Positions 62,272 through 64,000 of a DNA stretch of 64,000 bases are shown here, one piece after another; the stretch's first letter is position 1; the number at the start of each line of letters is the position of its first letter. Both the position numbers and the translations under genes were made by a program. The notes beneath the pieces are model-generated. The model was given only the letters and a program-made list of their open reading frames with translations, did no database searches and had not been told where the DNA came from. The stretch spans positions 160,001 to 224,000 of the forward strand of contig CAWCNY010000002.1 in the NCBI GenBank assembly GCA_963797095.1. Direction: 5' to 3'. The DNA comes from an uncultured Chloroflexia bacterium (GTDB taxonomy: Bacteria > Chloroflexota > Chloroflexia > QHBQ01 > JADMIH01).

Positions 62272-62895
62272 ATGGAAGGCATCTGGCTTATCAGCTATAT
62301 CGTACTCTGGCTCGTAGTGGTAGCCCTCATTGTGCTGGTGCTTCTCCTCTACCGCCAGCTTGGAATTATGTACCTCGGCACAGCCGAGGGTGTATCTCGC
62401 GACGGGCTGGCTCGTGGCTCGGTCGCGCCCGATTTCGCGCTTACCGATCAATACGGGCAGACGCAGCGATTGTCGGACTATCGCGGCCAGCCCACGGCTG
62501 TGATTTTCGGGTCGCCTAGCTGCGGCCCATGCCGCCTGCTAATCCCGCAGTTGCACGAATGGGCCAAAAAGCACCAGGATATGGCGGTGCTGTGGCTCAA
62601 CGCGGCTACGCCTGAAGAGAGCTTGCGGTTCGTTTCAGATGTGGGCGCGAGCCTGCCGGTGGCCCCGTACTCGCCCGACACGAAACTGCTGGACAAGTAC
62701 AAGGTGCGCGTTACTCCGTTCATCTTCATGGTGGATGAAGTAGGAGTGATCCGCGCCAAGGGCTTGGTGAACAACAAGGGTGGGCTTGATCTCTATTACA
62801 GGGAGTTGAAAACGGGCAAGTTCGAAGCCACGCCGGAGGAGGAAGGAGCGGCAGAAGAGGAAGCCACGCTTCAGGAAGCTACCAGCAGTCATTGA
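62272..62895 (+). CDS. MauD-like membrane-anchored thioredoxin-fold protein
   Basis: LW......LL.LYRQLG N-terminal anchor, G..APDF.L.D, SPSCGPC, TPF...VDE.GVIRAKGLVN. Confidence 0.85.
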   Translation: MEGIWLISYIVLWLVVVALIVLVLLLYRQLGIMYLGTAEGVSRDGLARGSVAPDFALTDQYGQTQRLSDYRGQPTAVIFGSPSCGPCRLLIPQLHEWAKKHQDMAVLWLNAATPEESLRFVSDVGASLPVAPYSPDTKLLDKYKVRVTPFIFMVDEVGVIRAKGLVNNKGGLDLYYRELKTGKFEATPEEEGAAEEEATLQEATSSH

Positions 62896-62896
62896 T

Positions 62897-62923
62897 GAGT
62901 TCCTGGTTCCTGGTTTCTGGTTG
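62897..62923. repeat. Period-7 repeat (GTTCCTG family)
   Basis: GTTCCTG-GTTCCTG-GTTTCTG; the same family occurs at 35436-35458 and 4787-4865. Confidence 0.7.
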
Positions 62924-62965
62924 GTGGCTTTAGTGCTGTAGATAACATACAAGGAGGTATTTGCC

Positions 62966-63460
62966 ATGCTGGAAGATAGAGTCAAGTTGGTTAGCGAGAC
63001 TTTCGCCCGCACTACGGACAGGCGCGGTTTCTTACAGAGAGCAGGCACTACCGCCTTCGCGGGTATGGTTGCCCTCGCGACGGGGCATCTGTTCAGGGGT
63101 CAGGCGGCAGCCGACGGGAGGGGTGAGCCGGGACGGCTTCCTTTGGTACCACAGTGCAGCCCTCCCGGTCCTTATTGCAATATCAACGGGGTGAACGAGC
63201 CTAACGGCTGCCTCAACGCCCACCCCGGCGGCCCTTACAGCGCCCGCTGTTTCCAGTTCAAGAACGGTTCGGAGATTATTCAGTGTCGCGTCTATTACGA
63301 TTATTACCCCTCGGGGTGCTGGACACGAGCAACCGGCACGGGATATTGGACCTGTTGTGACTGCGAATGTGGCAATCCGGTGGTTGCACATTGCGGCTGT
63401 GCGGGTTGGTCGCTTACACCTGTTCCCGACCCGGATGGGCCCGTCGGCGCGAAATCCTAG
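62966..63460 (+). CDS. Tat-exported small Cys-rich protein (amine dehydrogenase light-chain-like leader)
   Basis: DRRGFL twin-arginine motif; 12 Cys and 3 Trp in the mature region; AAGGAGGT RBS. Confidence 0.8.
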   Translation: MLEDRVKLVSETFARTTDRRGFLQRAGTTAFAGMVALATGHLFRGQAAADGRGEPGRLPLVPQCSPPGPYCNINGVNEPNGCLNAHPGGPYSARCFQFKNGSEIIQCRVYYDYYPSGCWTRATGTGYWTCCDCECGNPVVAHCGCAGWSLTPVPDPDGPVGAKS

Positions 63461-63556
63461 TCATATTTTGGGGCGCGCGTTGTTGGCATAAGTATTAAGT
63501 GCCAGGAGCGCGCGCCTTTGCAATGCCAACCCTAATATGCATGGAAGGACGGCCTT

Positions 63557-64000
63557 ATGACAAAGCGCTTCTTTATCTCTGCGATCCTGGCGAGTGTGCT
63601 TACTGCGCTGTTACTTGGCGCAACGGCCCTGTTCGCTGGCGGCGCGACGGCGGGGACACAGCCCACAACAGGTAATATTGCTCAGACAGAGGGCAAACAG
63701 GGCAGCGCCAAACAGCCCTATGGCACGTGGTCAGACATCGCGCCCCTGCCTACGATCTCAGTTGACGAATTCTATCCATGTAGCCCTACCCCCTGCACTC
63801 CTCAAGGTCTTAATGTTCCGGCCCGTATAAAGCGTGGCGCGGGGGCCGCTTACCCGCCCAACGGTAAGGTATACCTGTTCGGCGGCAGGCATGGCCTCGA
63901 CGGCAGCGAGGACTTCCCTTTACGTTGGATATTCGAGTATGACCCGGTGGCCGACACCTGGACCCAGAAGAGCGCTCTGCTGGACGGCTCGGATACCCGA
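63557..64000 (+). CDS. Secreted Kelch-repeat beta-propeller protein (truncated by the window end)
   Basis: My translation: MTKRFFISAILASVL...WSDIAPLP...NGKVYLFGG...FEYDPVADTWTQK. Confidence 0.75.
   Translation, partial: MTKRFFISAILASVLTALLLGATALFAGGATAGTQPTTGNIAQTEGKQGSAKQPYGTWSDIAPLPTISVDEFYPCSPTPCTPQGLNVPARIKRGAGAAYPPNGKVYLFGGRHGLDGSEDFPLRWIFEYDPVADTWTQKSALLDGSDTR

Noticed and set aside
62966-63460. Bona fide methylamine dehydrogenase (mauA) call
   Set aside because: Cys spacing and C-terminal motif differ from MauA, and mauB/E/G are not visible; kept only as a hypothesis.

Overview
GC-rich bacterial chromosomal window, probably Chloroflexota (inferred from Cys-containing SLH modules, FPETG-type surface repeats and a Gram-positive-type SOS box). 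Core content: pyrG; a fabG-fabD-GNAT-fabF-fabF cluster; a DNA-repair string (YprB/MrfB-like exonuclease, F420-type LLM oxidoreductase, XPB-like helicase, Bax1/DUF790 nuclease); an AlkZ-like glycosylase; trxA; a Wzz-Wzz-CpsD-CpsB polysaccharide-regulation operon with a GT4; a lone sufB; a decayed ABC importer; many secreted or surface proteins (four with SLH tails); and a MauD-like thiol oxidoreductase paired with a Tat-exported 12-Cys protein. Three unrelated IS elements are present. Main observations: (1) all three transposases carry perfect short tandem duplications, and in two of them collapsing the duplications rejoins the split reading frame; (2) a catalytically dead CHAP protein sits behind a promoter with a perfect LexA-type box plus DnaA-type boxes, a candidate replication/damage checkpoint factor; (3) a 705-bp near-identical, CpG-poor SLH cassette is fused to two unrelated passenger proteins; (4) a nested IS unit appears to have carried host DNA; (5) period-7 repeat families mark gene junctions and have invaded a coding sequence. 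All calls come from reading the sequence by eye; no searches were run.
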